From an uncultured Myxococcales bacterium (GTDB taxonomy: Bacteria; Myxococcota_A; UBA9160; SZUA-336): a DNA stretch of 46,931 nucleotides. Below, in pieces: positions 8,714-17,124 of this stretch (the first letter of the stretch is position 1; the number at the start of each line of letters is the position of its first letter). The notes beneath the pieces are model-generated. The model was not told where the DNA came from, searched no databases, and saw only the letters and a list, made by a program, of their open reading frames with translations. Location: NCBI GenBank assembly GCA_964566375.1, contig CAZMKX010000001.1:1-46931 (forward strand), read 5' to 3'. The position numbers were made by a program, and so were the translations under genes.

Positions 8714-10208
8714 CGTCGTCCTCCGTCGGCTTCTTGGCGGGCTTCGCTGGCTCCACCTTCTGCTGCGTTCGCGCATCGCTCGTGAGCGTCAGGCCACGCT
8801 CATCGACCTCGCGCTTGAACTCTTCGATCTCGTCGAGCTTCTCGCGCCAGTCGTAGCCCTCGCGGCGAAGCGCGTTCGGGTAGCTGTCGATCCCAGCCTG
8901 GATCGCCTCGACCATCGCCGGGATCTCTTTCGCTGGATCGAGCAGACCGAAACGAGGCGGTGTATAGACCGCTGGCGTCCGCGGATTCACGGAACCGTCG
9001 AGCACGCCGAGCGCACCGACGAACGCTTCCCAGATCGGCCGGCAGAGCTGCGGCACCGTGAGCTGCCACTGGTCGGCCTCGACCATCCCGCGGAACTGCA
9101 CCAGGCCGCCGCGGTGACTCGTGTACGTCACCTGCGACAGATCTCCGGTCAGCAGCTCGTAAGGAACACCGAGACCCGCCGCAACCGCGTGAAGCTGCAC
9201 GCTGTTGAACGGCGAGTAATCGCTCGAGGGTCGCGGATCTGCGACCGTCACCGACTCGCCCGGCTTCAGGTATCCGACCATGCCCGGGCGCCACGACTCC
9301 TCGCGCGAGCCGTCCGTGCCCTGCGCCGTCGGGCCGATCGTCGCGCCGGGAAGTCCCTGCGGCGTCGTCACCCACGCGGCGAGACACGCCGCGATCTTCT
9401 TGCGCATCACCTCGGCGTCGTCGTAGTCGTCGAGCGCGCGAAGCCGGAGCATCACCGGCGCGAAGTCGGTCACACCGCGGCGCTGCCCAGCGCGCAGCGG
9501 CTTGAAGTAGTGGATCACCTCAGACGCAGGCACCCGCCGGCTCGCGTAGCCGCGCCGGATGCTCGCGACGATCGAGCTGTCGCCCGGGTGCGAGTCGAAC
9601 AGCCAGTAGGCGACCGGGCGCTCGCCCTGGTACTCGATCCCCTGCCGGATCTCGTGGTCCTCGCTGATCGCTTCGTTCCGGCTGCTGTCGATGAAGTCCG
9701 GCTCGAGCAGCTGCAGCCGAAGCGGCACGTCCCCATCGAACGCGGGGGCCGTCGCATAGAGCCTGACGAGCGACTCGCCGGCCTCGCTGCGCGTGCGCTC
9801 CGCGAGGCTCTGCATCCCGTAGAGATCGTGACACCGAGACACGTCGCAGACGTCGGCCCAGCGCTTCCACGAGTCGTCGATCCGTCGATTGATCCGCCGG
9901 TTCGGGCCCGCCGCCTGACACAGGATCCCCGTGCCGATCTTGTTCGAGACGATCACCGCGAGGCCCTTCGCGGCGTGCGGGTTGTTCCGCACCAGGTCTC
10001 GGGCGCGATCGCGCAGCAGTTCCTGATCGGCCGAGATCTCGGCGTCTGCCGACGTCGCGCCCGTCGACCAGCCATCCGTGCGGCGACCGCGGCGCGCGCC
10101 CTCGTAGGCGAGCATCGCCTGCATCACCGCGCGCGCCTGCGCGCGCTGCGCGCCTCGCACGGGAGAGAGCCAGCCGATCGTGCGATCGAGCCAGTTCAGG
10201 TCAGCCAC
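8697..10208 (-). CDS. Portal protein, lambda (gpB) family
   Basis: 503 aa with a GTG start. LNWLDRTIGWLSPVRGAQRAQARAV...YEGARRGRRTDGW...LRDRARDLVRNNPHAAKGLAVIVSNKIGTGI matches the lambda-family portal N-terminal pattern. Confidence 0.9.
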   Translation of the reverse strand: MADLNWLDRTIGWLSPVRGAQRAQARAVMQAMLAYEGARRGRRTDGWSTGATSADAEISADQELLRDRARDLVRNNPHAAKGLAVIVSNKIGTGILCQAAGPNRRINRRIDDSWKRWADVCDVSRCHDLYGMQSLAERTRSEAGESLVRLYATAPAFDGDVPLRLQLLEPDFIDSSRNEAISEDHEIRQGIEYQGERPVAYWLFDSHPGDSSIVASIRRGYASRRVPASEVIHYFKPLRAGQRRGVTDFAPVMLRLRALDDYDDAEVMRKKIAACLAAWVTTPQGLPGATIGPTAQGTDGSREESWRPGMVGYLKPGESVTVADPRPSSDYSPFNSVQLHAVAAGLGVPYELLTGDLSQVTYTSHRGGLVQFRGMVEADQWQLTVPQLCRPIWEAFVGALGVLDGSVNPRTPAVYTPPRFGLLDPAKEIPAMVEAIQAGIDSYPNALRREGYDWREKLDEIEEFKREVDERGLTLTSDARTQQKVEPAKPAKKPTEDDDAEAA

Positions 10209-10782
10209 GCGAGAAGGCGGCTTCCGTGAAGCGTCCAGCGAACCAGGTCTGCGTCGACTCGTTCACGGCTGCCTCCGTCTGCGCCCCGAGCGTCACGCTG
10301 AGCACCGGCCCGGCAGCCCCCTCGCTCGCGCCGTACTGGCGGCTTGCCGCGACGAGCGCATCGAGCTCGAGCACGAACGCCAGGCGCCCGCCCCACCCGG
10401 AGAGCGCGGCAACCGCGTTCACCGCGCTCGCGTTGATCGTGAGCACGACCGGAACGATCTCGGTCTCGACGACGGCCGCCGATGCGACGAGCGTCTTCCC
10501 GGCCGTCGTCGGAAGGTTCCCGTCGCCGAAGAGCGCGGCGCTCGCCGCCGGCACGATGTAGAGGCGCAGCGTCCCGCTACCGACCGCAGCGAGCTCGCCA
10601 GAGAGCGCCAGCGAGAGCGCCGTGAACTCGAAGCCGGTCGCAACGTCGAACACGAGGCCGGCGGGCCCCGCGGCGCCGAGCACCCGGAACGACACACCGC
10701 CCTCGATCCAGAGCCCGCTACCGAGCCACGGCGCCTCGGCCGAGTCGTGATACCCGTCCTGCGTCGCGCCGTAGTCGGGCAC
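10201..10782 (-). CDS. Hypothetical protein (193 aa) inserted between gpW-like and portal genes
   Basis: ATG 10782 lies 7 nt after the gpW-like stop, and the 3-prime end overlaps the portal start. High GC3. Ala/Gly/Val-rich. No family recognised. Confidence 0.6.
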   Translation of the reverse strand: MPDYGATQDGYHDSAEAPWLGSGLWIEGGVSFRVLGAAGPAGLVFDVATGFEFTALSLALSGELAAVGSGTLRLYIVPAASAALFGDGNLPTTAGKTLVASAAVVETEIVPVVLTINASAVNAVAALSGWGGRLAFVLELDALVAASRQYGASEGAAGPVLSVTLGAQTEAAVNESTQTWFAGRFTEAAFSRG

Positions 10783-10788
10783 GCCCGG

Positions 10789-10998
10789 CTACTCGCGCGA
10801 GAACGAGCCCACCGTGCTGCGACCGCACGATTCCGTCGTCGAGCTCCCAGCCGCGACCTCGGACCGCATGAGCGAGAGGAGCTTCATCATCTCGTCGAGC
10901 GAGTGGTACTGGACCGTGCGGTCCGCGTAGCTCACCCGCAGCACGCCGCTCTTGATCGCCGCCTCGAGAGCCGCGACGTCGCTCGCGCTGAACGCCAT
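10789..10998 (-). CDS. gpW-like head-tail joining protein
   Basis: 69 aa. MAFSASDVAALEAAIKSGVLRVSYADRTVQYHSLDEMMKLL fits the gpW pattern. Sits right after TerL as in lambda (A-W-B order). GGGAGG SD. Confidence 0.7.
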   Translation of the reverse strand: MAFSASDVAALEAAIKSGVLRVSYADRTVQYHSLDEMMKLLSLMRSEVAAGSSTTESCGRSTVGSFSRE

Positions 10999-11001
10999 CG
11001 G

Positions 11002-12978
11002 CTACCTCCCGAGCCATCCGCGCGTATCCCCGATCCAACCGCCGGAATCTTCGCGGCGTATGCGCGCGGCGGGAGCGACCGGAACGGGCGTTTCAGAAAC
11101 CGCTTGGCGCGGCGGCTCGTAGACCGGCCGCATCGGCAGCTTCGCGACCTCGACCTCTAGATCAAATCCCATCGCCCTAAGACCACACAGAGCCGCGTAG
11201 GCGTAGACCGCGCAGTCGAGCGGCTCGTTACGCGCGCCCGCCGCCTTCAGCTTCCACGTCCGCACGGGGAATCCCTTGCGGTTCGTCGTCATCTCGACCT
11301 TCTCGGAGACGAGCCCCGCCAGGAAGCGGTGATCGACCGAGTTCGGCAGATGCACGTAGCCAGGCCCCGGCTTCGCGATCGCAAGCCGCCCGTAGAGCTG
11401 TTCCTTCGCCGGATCCACCCGCAGAGGCCAGAGCGGGACCTTCGTAGTAACCCTGCTCGCCTGACGCGGCCACACGTCGCCGGAGCCAGCAAAGCCCTTA
11501 ACAGCGAACACGAACACTTGTCCGCCGTCCGGCGTCAGCCGCCGGAAGCGAGAGCCGCAAAAATCGTAGGCCGCCGCCGTGTGGTGGCCGCCCGTGTCGA
11601 TGCACGCTCCGCGGATGAAGTCGAAACCGCCGATCGCTCTCGGCCACGGCGCCAGCAGGTACTCGTCGAGTGCAGCCCACGTCGCGAGCGTCGAAGGATC
11701 CCCGTGGATCACCCGATGCTCGAGAAGCCACGACTCCTCGCAGGCGCCCCAGCCGTAGACCGAAACCTCGAGCCGCGCCGGCGCATCCTGCACGTCGACG
11801 CCCGCAGAGATCAGCGCCACCGGCGCCGGCACCTCGGGGCGCCCGCCGACTTCGATCAGCTGCTCGCGGCGCGACAGCAGGCCCGTTTCGTCGAGCGACT
11901 CGAACTGCTCCGACCACCACTCGGCCAAGACCGTGTTCTTGAACGCCTTCAACTGCTCGGGATTACCCTGCGCCTCGAGCCATTGCTGCGCCATCGGCGC
12001 GAGCTTGCGACCCAGCACAGCCATCGCCGGCAGCCGGAATCCGCGCCAGCCCGGCTTCGCCGCCTCGCGCGTCGGCCGGTACTCGCCGTCGCGTATCGCG
12101 CGCCACCGCTTCGCGTCGTCCCAGGTGACACCACAGCGCTCGCAGACATAGAGCGCCGTCTCTGGCCGGTGCCGACCTTCGGCATCCTTCTCCCACTGCA
12201 CCTGATCCCAGCGCAGATGCTGCGACGCCCCGCAGTCCGGGCAGGCGACGAAAAACTCGCTCTGGTCCGTCTGCTCCCAGAGGCCCCACGAGCGTCCGCC
12301 CTTCAAACCGGGCGAGGTGACCGCCGCCTCGCGCGCGTTCCAGAACGCCGACGTGCGCGCACGCGCGAGCGTGATCGGGTCTCCTTCCGTCCCAGCGCTC
12401 GGCGCGTAGCGGTCCACCTCGTCGAACAGCAGCACGCGGATCGGTCTCATCGCGAGCCCCGCGGCCGAGTTCGACCCGACGAGCGTGATGTGCCCGCCCG
12501 GGAACTCCTTGTGCCGAATCGTGTTCCCTGAATCTCGCGAGCGCGCTTCTGCGATCTTCCCCGCGAGCGCCGGAGTACCGCGCACCATCGGTGCGAGCCG
12601 GTCCTTCGACAGCCCCTCGGCCATCTCCACGTTCGGCTCGACCACCAAGATCGGGCTCGGCTCGTGGTCGATGTAGTAGCCCGCGGCGTTCAGCAAAATC
12701 TCTGTCTTGCCGCCACCCTGCGAGCATGCGATGTAGACCACGCCGGCCACCGCCGGATCCGTGATCGCATCGAGCACCTGCCGCTGGTACGGCCTGCTTC
12801 GCCAGCGCCCCGGCTCCGGGCTCGTGCCCACCGGAATCTGACGCCGCTCCTCGGCCCAGGCATTCCCGGTCAGCGGGCTAGGCGGTCGCAGCGTCCCTAG
12901 CGCGAGAATCGTCGCCCGATGCAGCCGCTCGTTCGGTGCGTAGAGGAGCGATCCATCGAGCTTCGGCGAGCTCCGCAA
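11002..12978 (-). CDS. Terminase large subunit, lambda GpA family
   Basis: ...RPPSPLTGNAWAEERRQIP...GRWRSRPYQRQVLDAI...VVYIACSQGGGKTEILLN (Walker A-like)...LLFDEVDRY..., then a zinc-ribbon CPDCG...CERCG as in GpA. Start is uncertain: TTG 12978 was chosen; alternatives run up to ATG 13065 but overlap TerS heavily. Confidence 0.9.
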   Translation of the reverse strand: MRSSPKLDGSLLYAPNERLHRATILALGTLRPPSPLTGNAWAEERRQIPVGTSPEPGRWRSRPYQRQVLDAITDPAVAGVVYIACSQGGGKTEILLNAAGYYIDHEPSPILVVEPNVEMAEGLSKDRLAPMVRGTPALAGKIAEARSRDSGNTIRHKEFPGGHITLVGSNSAAGLAMRPIRVLLFDEVDRYAPSAGTEGDPITLARARTSAFWNAREAAVTSPGLKGGRSWGLWEQTDQSEFFVACPDCGASQHLRWDQVQWEKDAEGRHRPETALYVCERCGVTWDDAKRWRAIRDGEYRPTREAAKPGWRGFRLPAMAVLGRKLAPMAQQWLEAQGNPEQLKAFKNTVLAEWWSEQFESLDETGLLSRREQLIEVGGRPEVPAPVALISAGVDVQDAPARLEVSVYGWGACEESWLLEHRVIHGDPSTLATWAALDEYLLAPWPRAIGGFDFIRGACIDTGGHHTAAAYDFCGSRFRRLTPDGGQVFVFAVKGFAGSGDVWPRQASRVTTKVPLWPLRVDPAKEQLYGRLAIAKPGPGYVHLPNSVDHRFLAGLVSEKVEMTTNRKGFPVRTWKLKAAGARNEPLDCAVYAYAALCGLRAMGFDLEVEVAKLPMRPVYEPPRQAVSETPVPVAPAARIRREDSGGWIGDTRGWLGR

Positions 12979-13402
12979 GCGCTTCGTCCTGGTGGCGCCG
13001 GATGATCGCTTCGACCTCGGCAATGCTCGCCGCCCCATGCGCCTCCGGTGCAGCCTTCGCCGCAAGCGCGCGCAGCCGCACCACCACGCCGGAAAGCAGC
13101 TTCACCAGCCAGCTCTCGACGAGCGCGCCGGGCACCAGCTCGCCGCGCGTCTCGGCATTCTCCATCGCCAGCTTGTCGGCCTGCTCGCACGCGAGTCGCG
13201 CGCGCTCGCTCGTCAGGTCTTTCCCGCTGCCGCCGTAGATCCTGCCGAGCGCGGCCTGCGGCTCGTACCACCGCGTGCGGCCGTCCTGCGCGATCGGCTC
13301 AAGCCCCTCAAGACGCTCGCGAATCGTCGCCGGCGCGCGGCCCGTGAGGCGCGCCAACTGGCTCAGCGACAGACGGTCGAGATCGTCTCGGTGGGTAGAC
13401 AC
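12878..13402 (-). CDS. Terminase small subunit, Nu1-like
   Basis: 174 aa with a GTG start. N-terminal HTH (LSLSQLARLTGRAPATIRERL), a coiled middle part, located directly upstream of the GpA-like gene. Confidence 0.7.
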   Translation of the reverse strand: MSTHRDDLDRLSLSQLARLTGRAPATIRERLEGLEPIAQDGRTRWYEPQAALGRIYGGSGKDLTSERARLACEQADKLAMENAETRGELVPGALVESWLVKLLSGVVVRLRALAAKAAPEAHGAASIAEVEAIIRRHQDEALAELAEARWIAPLRTERAAASGDDSRARDAATA

Positions 13403-13502
13403 TAAACCCCTAGATTTTCCAGCACCTTATGGGGTGCTGCCGCTAGCCGAAGCGCGCGCGCGTCGCGTCCCCGCTGGCGATTGTTGCGGTAAGGACCCGC
13501 CA
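13403..13502. other. Candidate packaging-recognition (cos/pac) region
   Basis: The only sizeable non-coding gap upstream of the Nu1-like gene. Contains a 7-bp inverted repeat, CAGCACC-N6-GGTGCTG (13420..13439). No ends can be mapped from sequence alone. Confidence 0.3.
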
Positions 13503-14117
13503 TCAGAGCCTGATCTTCGCGAACTCCTCGCGAACCTTCTGCGCTAACACGCGCTGAGCGGTGTCTCGGGCCACACGTTCGAAGTCGAACCGCGGCGCGA
13601 GCTTCGCCTGCGGTACGAGAGCGAACAACACCTTTACGGTCGATCGAGCGCCCTTGCCGACGCGCTGTAGGACGGCGCGCCCCGCCACGAACGCGCGCCC
13701 ACGCCGCTTGCCAACGCGCCCACGTGCGCTGCGCTTCGCAGCAACGGGTGTAGCAATCTGGCCTTCGATCGTGAGACGCTTCTCATCACCGCCCCGGATC
13801 GTGTCGCCGAACGCATGCGGCTCGAGCAGACGAGCCGTACCGGGTGCCGGCTGCAGCGACGCCTCGAGCCGGTCTGGCTTCGCGAGGCTGAAGCGAAATG
13901 CCTGGCCGCTGCCGCTGCTCTTCGTCAGGAACGAGCGCGTCGAAGGTCCGGCGAACTCGAACACTTTGCCAACATGCGCCGTTTCGGCATCGCGCATCTC
14001 GAACACCGTGCGGTTGAGCCCCTTGGCCAGGACGCGCTTCACATCCACATCACCGAAACGCTTGATCTGCTGGGCGAAGGCGGCGGTGTTGAGCTTGATC
14101 GAGACGAGGCCGGCCAT
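13503..14117 (-). CDS. Hypothetical protein (204 aa), basic C-terminal half
   Basis: ATG 14117 with an AAGGTGAGG SD and coherent codon usage. No family recognised. Confidence 0.6.
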   Translation of the reverse strand: MAGLVSIKLNTAAFAQQIKRFGDVDVKRVLAKGLNRTVFEMRDAETAHVGKVFEFAGPSTRSFLTKSSGSGQAFRFSLAKPDRLEASLQPAPGTARLLEPHAFGDTIRGGDEKRLTIEGQIATPVAAKRSARGRVGKRRGRAFVAGRAVLQRVGKGARSTVKVLFALVPQAKLAPRFDFERVARDTAQRVLAQKVREEFAKIRL

Positions 14118-14219
14118 CACCTCACCTTGGGTCTACGTGCTGTGCGGAGACGCTGCGGGCGAACGCGCGGCAGCCTCGTCAAATCTGCCGATTTCTAGGG
14201 GGGGATGCAAGATCTCAAA

Positions 14220-14288
14220 GCGGACAAGATAGGCCTGTTCTGTCCGCCTTACCCCCTCGAAACGGACATCTTGCCATCATTCTGTCCG
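14220..14288. promoter_or_regulatory. Two copies of CGGACA-N14-TGTCCG inverted repeat (candidate protein-binding sites or weak terminator)
   Basis: GCGGACA-N14-TGTCCGC at 14220..14247 and CGGACA-N14-TGTCCG at 14263..14288, centres 42 bp apart. They straddle the stop of the MerR-like gene, upstream of the 13503..14117 gene, in a lower-GC gap. Confidence 0.4.
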
Positions 14289-14575
14289 GCAATCGGCAGA
14301 GCCGCAGAAATCCGCCGCGCGAGCGCGGCATCGATGATCGGCAGCAGCTCAGCGGCTGTGTTCTTCGAAACACGCGTCGACATCCCGCGCGCCTTCAGCA
14401 CGCCGAGGATCTGCGCCTCGAGCACATCCTGGTGCGAGTAGCGTCGGTGCCCGCCGCTCGTGACGCGGCTCGGGGTCAGGACGGGAGGCTTCGCCTCGGC
14501 CCAGCGCCGCACGGTACGCGCGCGCACGCCCGCAAAACGCGCCACGTCGTCGACGCTGTACGTCGCTTCGTTCAA
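14249..14575 (-). CDS. MerR-family HTH DNA-binding protein
   Basis: YSVDDVARFAGVRARTVRRWAE...GGHRRYSHQDVLEAQIL is a typical MerR_1 N-terminal HTH. TTG start overlaps the upstream stop. Confidence 0.8.
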   Translation of the reverse strand: MNEATYSVDDVARFAGVRARTVRRWAEAKPPVLTPSRVTSGGHRRYSHQDVLEAQILGVLKARGMSTRVSKNTAAELLPIIDAALARRISAALPIAGQNDGKMSVSRG

Positions 14576-15165
14576 GCGCTCGCCTCACGATGCAGATTCA
14601 CCGCCGCCATCAACCAGCTCCCGTTCGGCGGCGACGCCCTCAGCTCCACCGTCTCGCGTGCAGAAGCGATCGCACGCCCGACCAGCACGGGCGTCCACTC
14701 GCGCGCCGATCGTGCGTCACGCGCGAAGAACGCCCCAATGCGTGCGGCCTCCGCGACGCTCGGGATCTGCGGATGCAGGTAGATCCGCCAGCAGTCGAGC
14801 TGGTACTGCCAGCGCCACGGACTCAGGCCGTGCGGGATGCGATCGAACACCGGCCGCAGGGCCTCGACCGGCGCGAACTGCTCCGCGAGCTGGTTCTCGA
14901 CGCGGTGCGCGCTGGTGTACGCGTCCGCCTTCCCACCGCCCTTGAACGTCGGCGTCGCGATCGCCACCTCCGCCCACGGCTTGTCACAGTCGGCGCAGCA
15001 GCGGATCCACTCGCCCTTCGCGTTGAGCCGCTTCGCCTGCGGGCCGCCGCACTTTCCACAGCGGACGCCGAGCACGACCGGGAGTGGCAGCGCTCTGAGC
15101 CCGCCGATGCGCTCTCGAGCATCGAAGTAGAAGCGCGCCAGGTCGTCCGCTGTGTCGAACTGCAT
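14572..15165 (-). CDS. Hypothetical protein with CxxC...CxxC zinc-ribbon
   Basis: ATG 15165 preceded by GGAGGTG and overlapping the upstream TGA (TGATG). RCGKCGG...CCADCDKPW. 197 aa. Confidence 0.6.
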   Translation of the reverse strand: MQFDTADDLARFYFDARERIGGLRALPLPVVLGVRCGKCGGPQAKRLNAKGEWIRCCADCDKPWAEVAIATPTFKGGGKADAYTSAHRVENQLAEQFAPVEALRPVFDRIPHGLSPWRWQYQLDCWRIYLHPQIPSVAEAARIGAFFARDARSAREWTPVLVGRAIASARETVELRASPPNGSWLMAAVNLHREASA

Positions 15166-15380
15166 CACGGCACCTCCGAGTGATAGATCCACCGAGAATC
15201 CGCATCGCCCACCTCGCGAACGTCGAGGATCATCCGGCGCTCTCTCAGGAATCCAACCGCATTCAACAGGTCAATTCGTTCGATCAGAGTGTGTTCCGGC
15301 TGCAAGGCAAGCAGCTCAGCGGCGGTCTTCTCTGGATTCTTACGAATCAGATCGAGCACACGCAGCTCGATTTCCGTCAT
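15165..15380 (-). CDS. Small winged-helix-like protein (71 aa)
   Basis: MTEIELRVLDLIRKNPEKTAAELLALQPEHTLIERIDLLNAVGFLRERRMI... is the plausible part of track ORF 15165..15644. ATG at 15380. Confidence 0.55.
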   Translation of the reverse strand: MTEIELRVLDLIRKNPEKTAAELLALQPEHTLIERIDLLNAVGFLRERRMILDVREVGDADSRWIYHSEVP

Positions 15381-15396
15381 CGGACGCCAGGTCACG

Positions 15397-15714
15397 CTAT
15401 GGCCCCTCCCGCAGCGCGCGCGCGTGCATCGCTGGCACCGTCTTGCGCTGCCGCTTCGGTCTCGGATCGCCGCGCCACTGCCGCACGATCCGCGACGGCT
15501 TGACCTCGATCTCCTCGGGCTCGAGCCGCCACATCTTCGCCAGCGCACGCACGCCAACGCAGTCGATGCACGAGCGCTTCGAGAGCAAGACCTGCGTCGA
15601 TCCCTCGCGCCGCGGATGCTTCGCGGCCTCCACCGCGAGCGCATTGAACTTCGCGCACGATTCCTCGCTCAAGCGCAGCGAGTACGGCGGGCACCAGTAG
15701 ACCTCGAAGCTCAT
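15397..15714 (-). CDS. Hypothetical Cys-containing protein (105 aa)
   Basis: ATGA overlap with the upstream gene at 15711..15714. Non-repetitive sequence. Confidence 0.5.
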   Translation of the reverse strand: MSFEVYWCPPYSLRLSEESCAKFNALAVEAAKHPRREGSTQVLLSKRSCIDCVGVRALAKMWRLEPEEIEVKPSRIVRQWRGDPRPKRQRKTVPAMHARALREGP

Positions 15715-16361
15715 GCGATTCTCGCCTTCATAGTAGCCGCGCTACCGTCACTTTCGTGCGTCGAACCCGAACCACGCGGCACGATACCGATCACAGCGAG
15801 CGCCTCCGCACCAGTGCGTACCACCGCGTCCGCCCTCGCCTGCGCCTTCGCCTTCCGTTGCTCGGACGGCTCGTGCGCCATCTGCTCGCGCCTCACCTTG
15901 GCGGCCGCGCGCCGCGCGATCTCGCGCTCGATGTCGGCTCGCGCGTACAGGTGCCGACGTCCGCTGCCGTAGGGCGTCTTCCACGCCTCAGTGCTCACCG
16001 GCTCGATCCCGGCCTCGTGCAGCCGCATCGAGCCGTTCGATGCGACGCTCCACCCGAGCATCACGGCGGCCTCGACCGCAGTGACGAGCTCGCTCTGCGC
16101 GCTCGCACCCTTGCGCTGCTTCCCGTGCGCGAGCGCCACGACACCCGGGCAGCCGTGGCAGGCTTCGACGCTCGACTCTGCGAGGTCAACACGCGCGGCG
16201 ATCTCGCTCTTCACGCGCTCGCGGTTGTCGTTGCAGGCGCGCACCGTGAGCGTCGCGCGCAGATACGGGCACGGGTAAACGGCGAGCCCGGCGCGGTCGG
16301 CGAGCTCGTGGACGCCGAGCGGGCGCTGGTAGTTGAGCAGCGGTGCGAGCTCGATCGTCAT
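15711..16361 (-). CDS. Hypothetical protein with excisionase/MerR-like HTH segment
   Basis: 216 aa. ATGA overlap with the rusA stop. ...LVTAVEAAVMLGWSVASNGSMRLHEAGIEPV...GRRHLYARADIERE resembles an HTH_17-type motif. Confidence 0.55.
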   Translation of the reverse strand: MTIELAPLLNYQRPLGVHELADRAGLAVYPCPYLRATLTVRACNDNRERVKSEIAARVDLAESSVEACHGCPGVVALAHGKQRKGASAQSELVTAVEAAVMLGWSVASNGSMRLHEAGIEPVSTEAWKTPYGSGRRHLYARADIEREIARRAAAKVRREQMAHEPSEQRKAKAQARADAVVRTGAEALAVIGIVPRGSGSTHESDGSAATMKARIA

Positions 16362-16774
16362 GCGCGCTCCGCGAGTTCGCTGACGAAGATCTCGACGCGC
16401 GGCGCCTCACCCTGCGCGCCGATGATCTTCTCGACCACAAGCCGAGACACCTGCCGGTCGTCGATCCAGAGCACACCAGTCGCCGCGTCGAGGCACGCTT
16501 TCCCGATGTTGTCGGCATCACCGCCGGCCTTCGCGTGCCAGCGCTGCCCGCGCGGATCGCGCTTGCGATGGTCCGTCGTGGGGCACGCGAACACCGCGAG
16601 GATCGTCACCGAGAGCGGGCCCGCGAGCGGCGCACCACCTCGCATCGCCTGCTGCATGTGGATCTGCGCGGCGCCCTTCCACGAGCGCGACTTCGCCGGG
16701 TCGATCACGCGAATCCCGAACGGCATGCGGACCGCGCGACCACGCCCCTGCGCGCACGGCGGGCCAGGCACCAC
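16358..16774 (-). CDS. rusA: RusA-family Holliday junction resolvase
   Basis: VVPGPPCAQGRGRAV...PAKSRSWKG...GPLSVTILAVF...KAGGDADNIGKACLDAATGVLWIDDRQVSRLVVEK matches RusA motifs. Start GTG 16774 or 16771 was chosen so as not to overlap the tRNA; the N-terminus of track ORF 16358..17014 is artefactual. Confidence 0.85.
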   Translation of the reverse strand: MVPGPPCAQGRGRAVRMPFGIRVIDPAKSRSWKGAAQIHMQQAMRGGAPLAGPLSVTILAVFACPTTDHRKRDPRGQRWHAKAGGDADNIGKACLDAATGVLWIDDRQVSRLVVEKIIGAQGEAPRVEIFVSELAERA

Positions 16775-16788
16775 GACATGCAGCGGCG

Positions 16789-16860
16789 TCGGGGCGGCGG
16801 GAATCGAACCCGCATCTGCTGCCCCCAAAGCAGCGGCTCGAGCCCTTGAGCTACGCCCCG
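16789..16860 (-). tRNA. tRNA-Pro(UGG): tRNA-Pro (anticodon UGG)
   Basis: Hand-folded cloverleaf. Acceptor CGGGGCG/CGCCCCG, D arm GCTC-AAGGGCTC-GAGC, anticodon arm GCTGC-TTTGGGG-GCAGC (U33, UGG, G37), 4-nt variable loop, T arm GCGGG-TTCGATT-CCCGC, discriminator A, no encoded CCA. Confidence 0.85.
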
Positions 16861-17124
16861 TCATGCCGCCTCCGGGTTCCTTCCGACCAGCGCGCCGTCG
16901 AGCATCTCGACCCCAGCGCACTCGTCGCGCAGGTGCTCGTTCAGGTCGTGCGCCGCGAGCGGGTTGCGGCCAAGCCGCGCCTGGTCGGCGAGATCGTCGA
17001 GCGCTGCGTTCCACTTGTCGTTCGTCTCGCGGCGCAGGGACACTAGCTGCGCGTCCTGCGGGCCGAGCTGCATCGGCAGGCGGTGATTCGCGGGGGCGAG
17101 CGGCGCGGGCTTGTCGTCACTCAT
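16861..17124 (-). CDS. Hypothetical protein (87 aa)
   Basis: The ORF ends exactly at the tRNA 5-prime end, and its start overlaps the methyltransferase stop by 8 nt. Confidence 0.5.
   Translation of the reverse strand: MSDDKPAPLAPANHRLPMQLGPQDAQLVSLRRETNDKWNAALDDLADQARLGRNPLAAHDLNEHLRDECAGVEMLDGALVGRNPEAA

Noticed and set aside
6662-8785. 707-aa plus-strand ORF covering the whole capsid region
   Set aside because: It is antisense to a gene with clear protease and capsid motifs. Its Arg/Ala/Gly/Asp-dominated composition with no motifs is the typical GC-rich shadow ORF.
13420-13439. Inverted repeat CAGCACC-N6-GGTGCTG as an intrinsic terminator for the early genes
   Set aside because: On the transcribed (minus) strand the hairpin is followed by GAAAATC rather than a U-tract. 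The T-run is on the wrong side for a leftward terminator.
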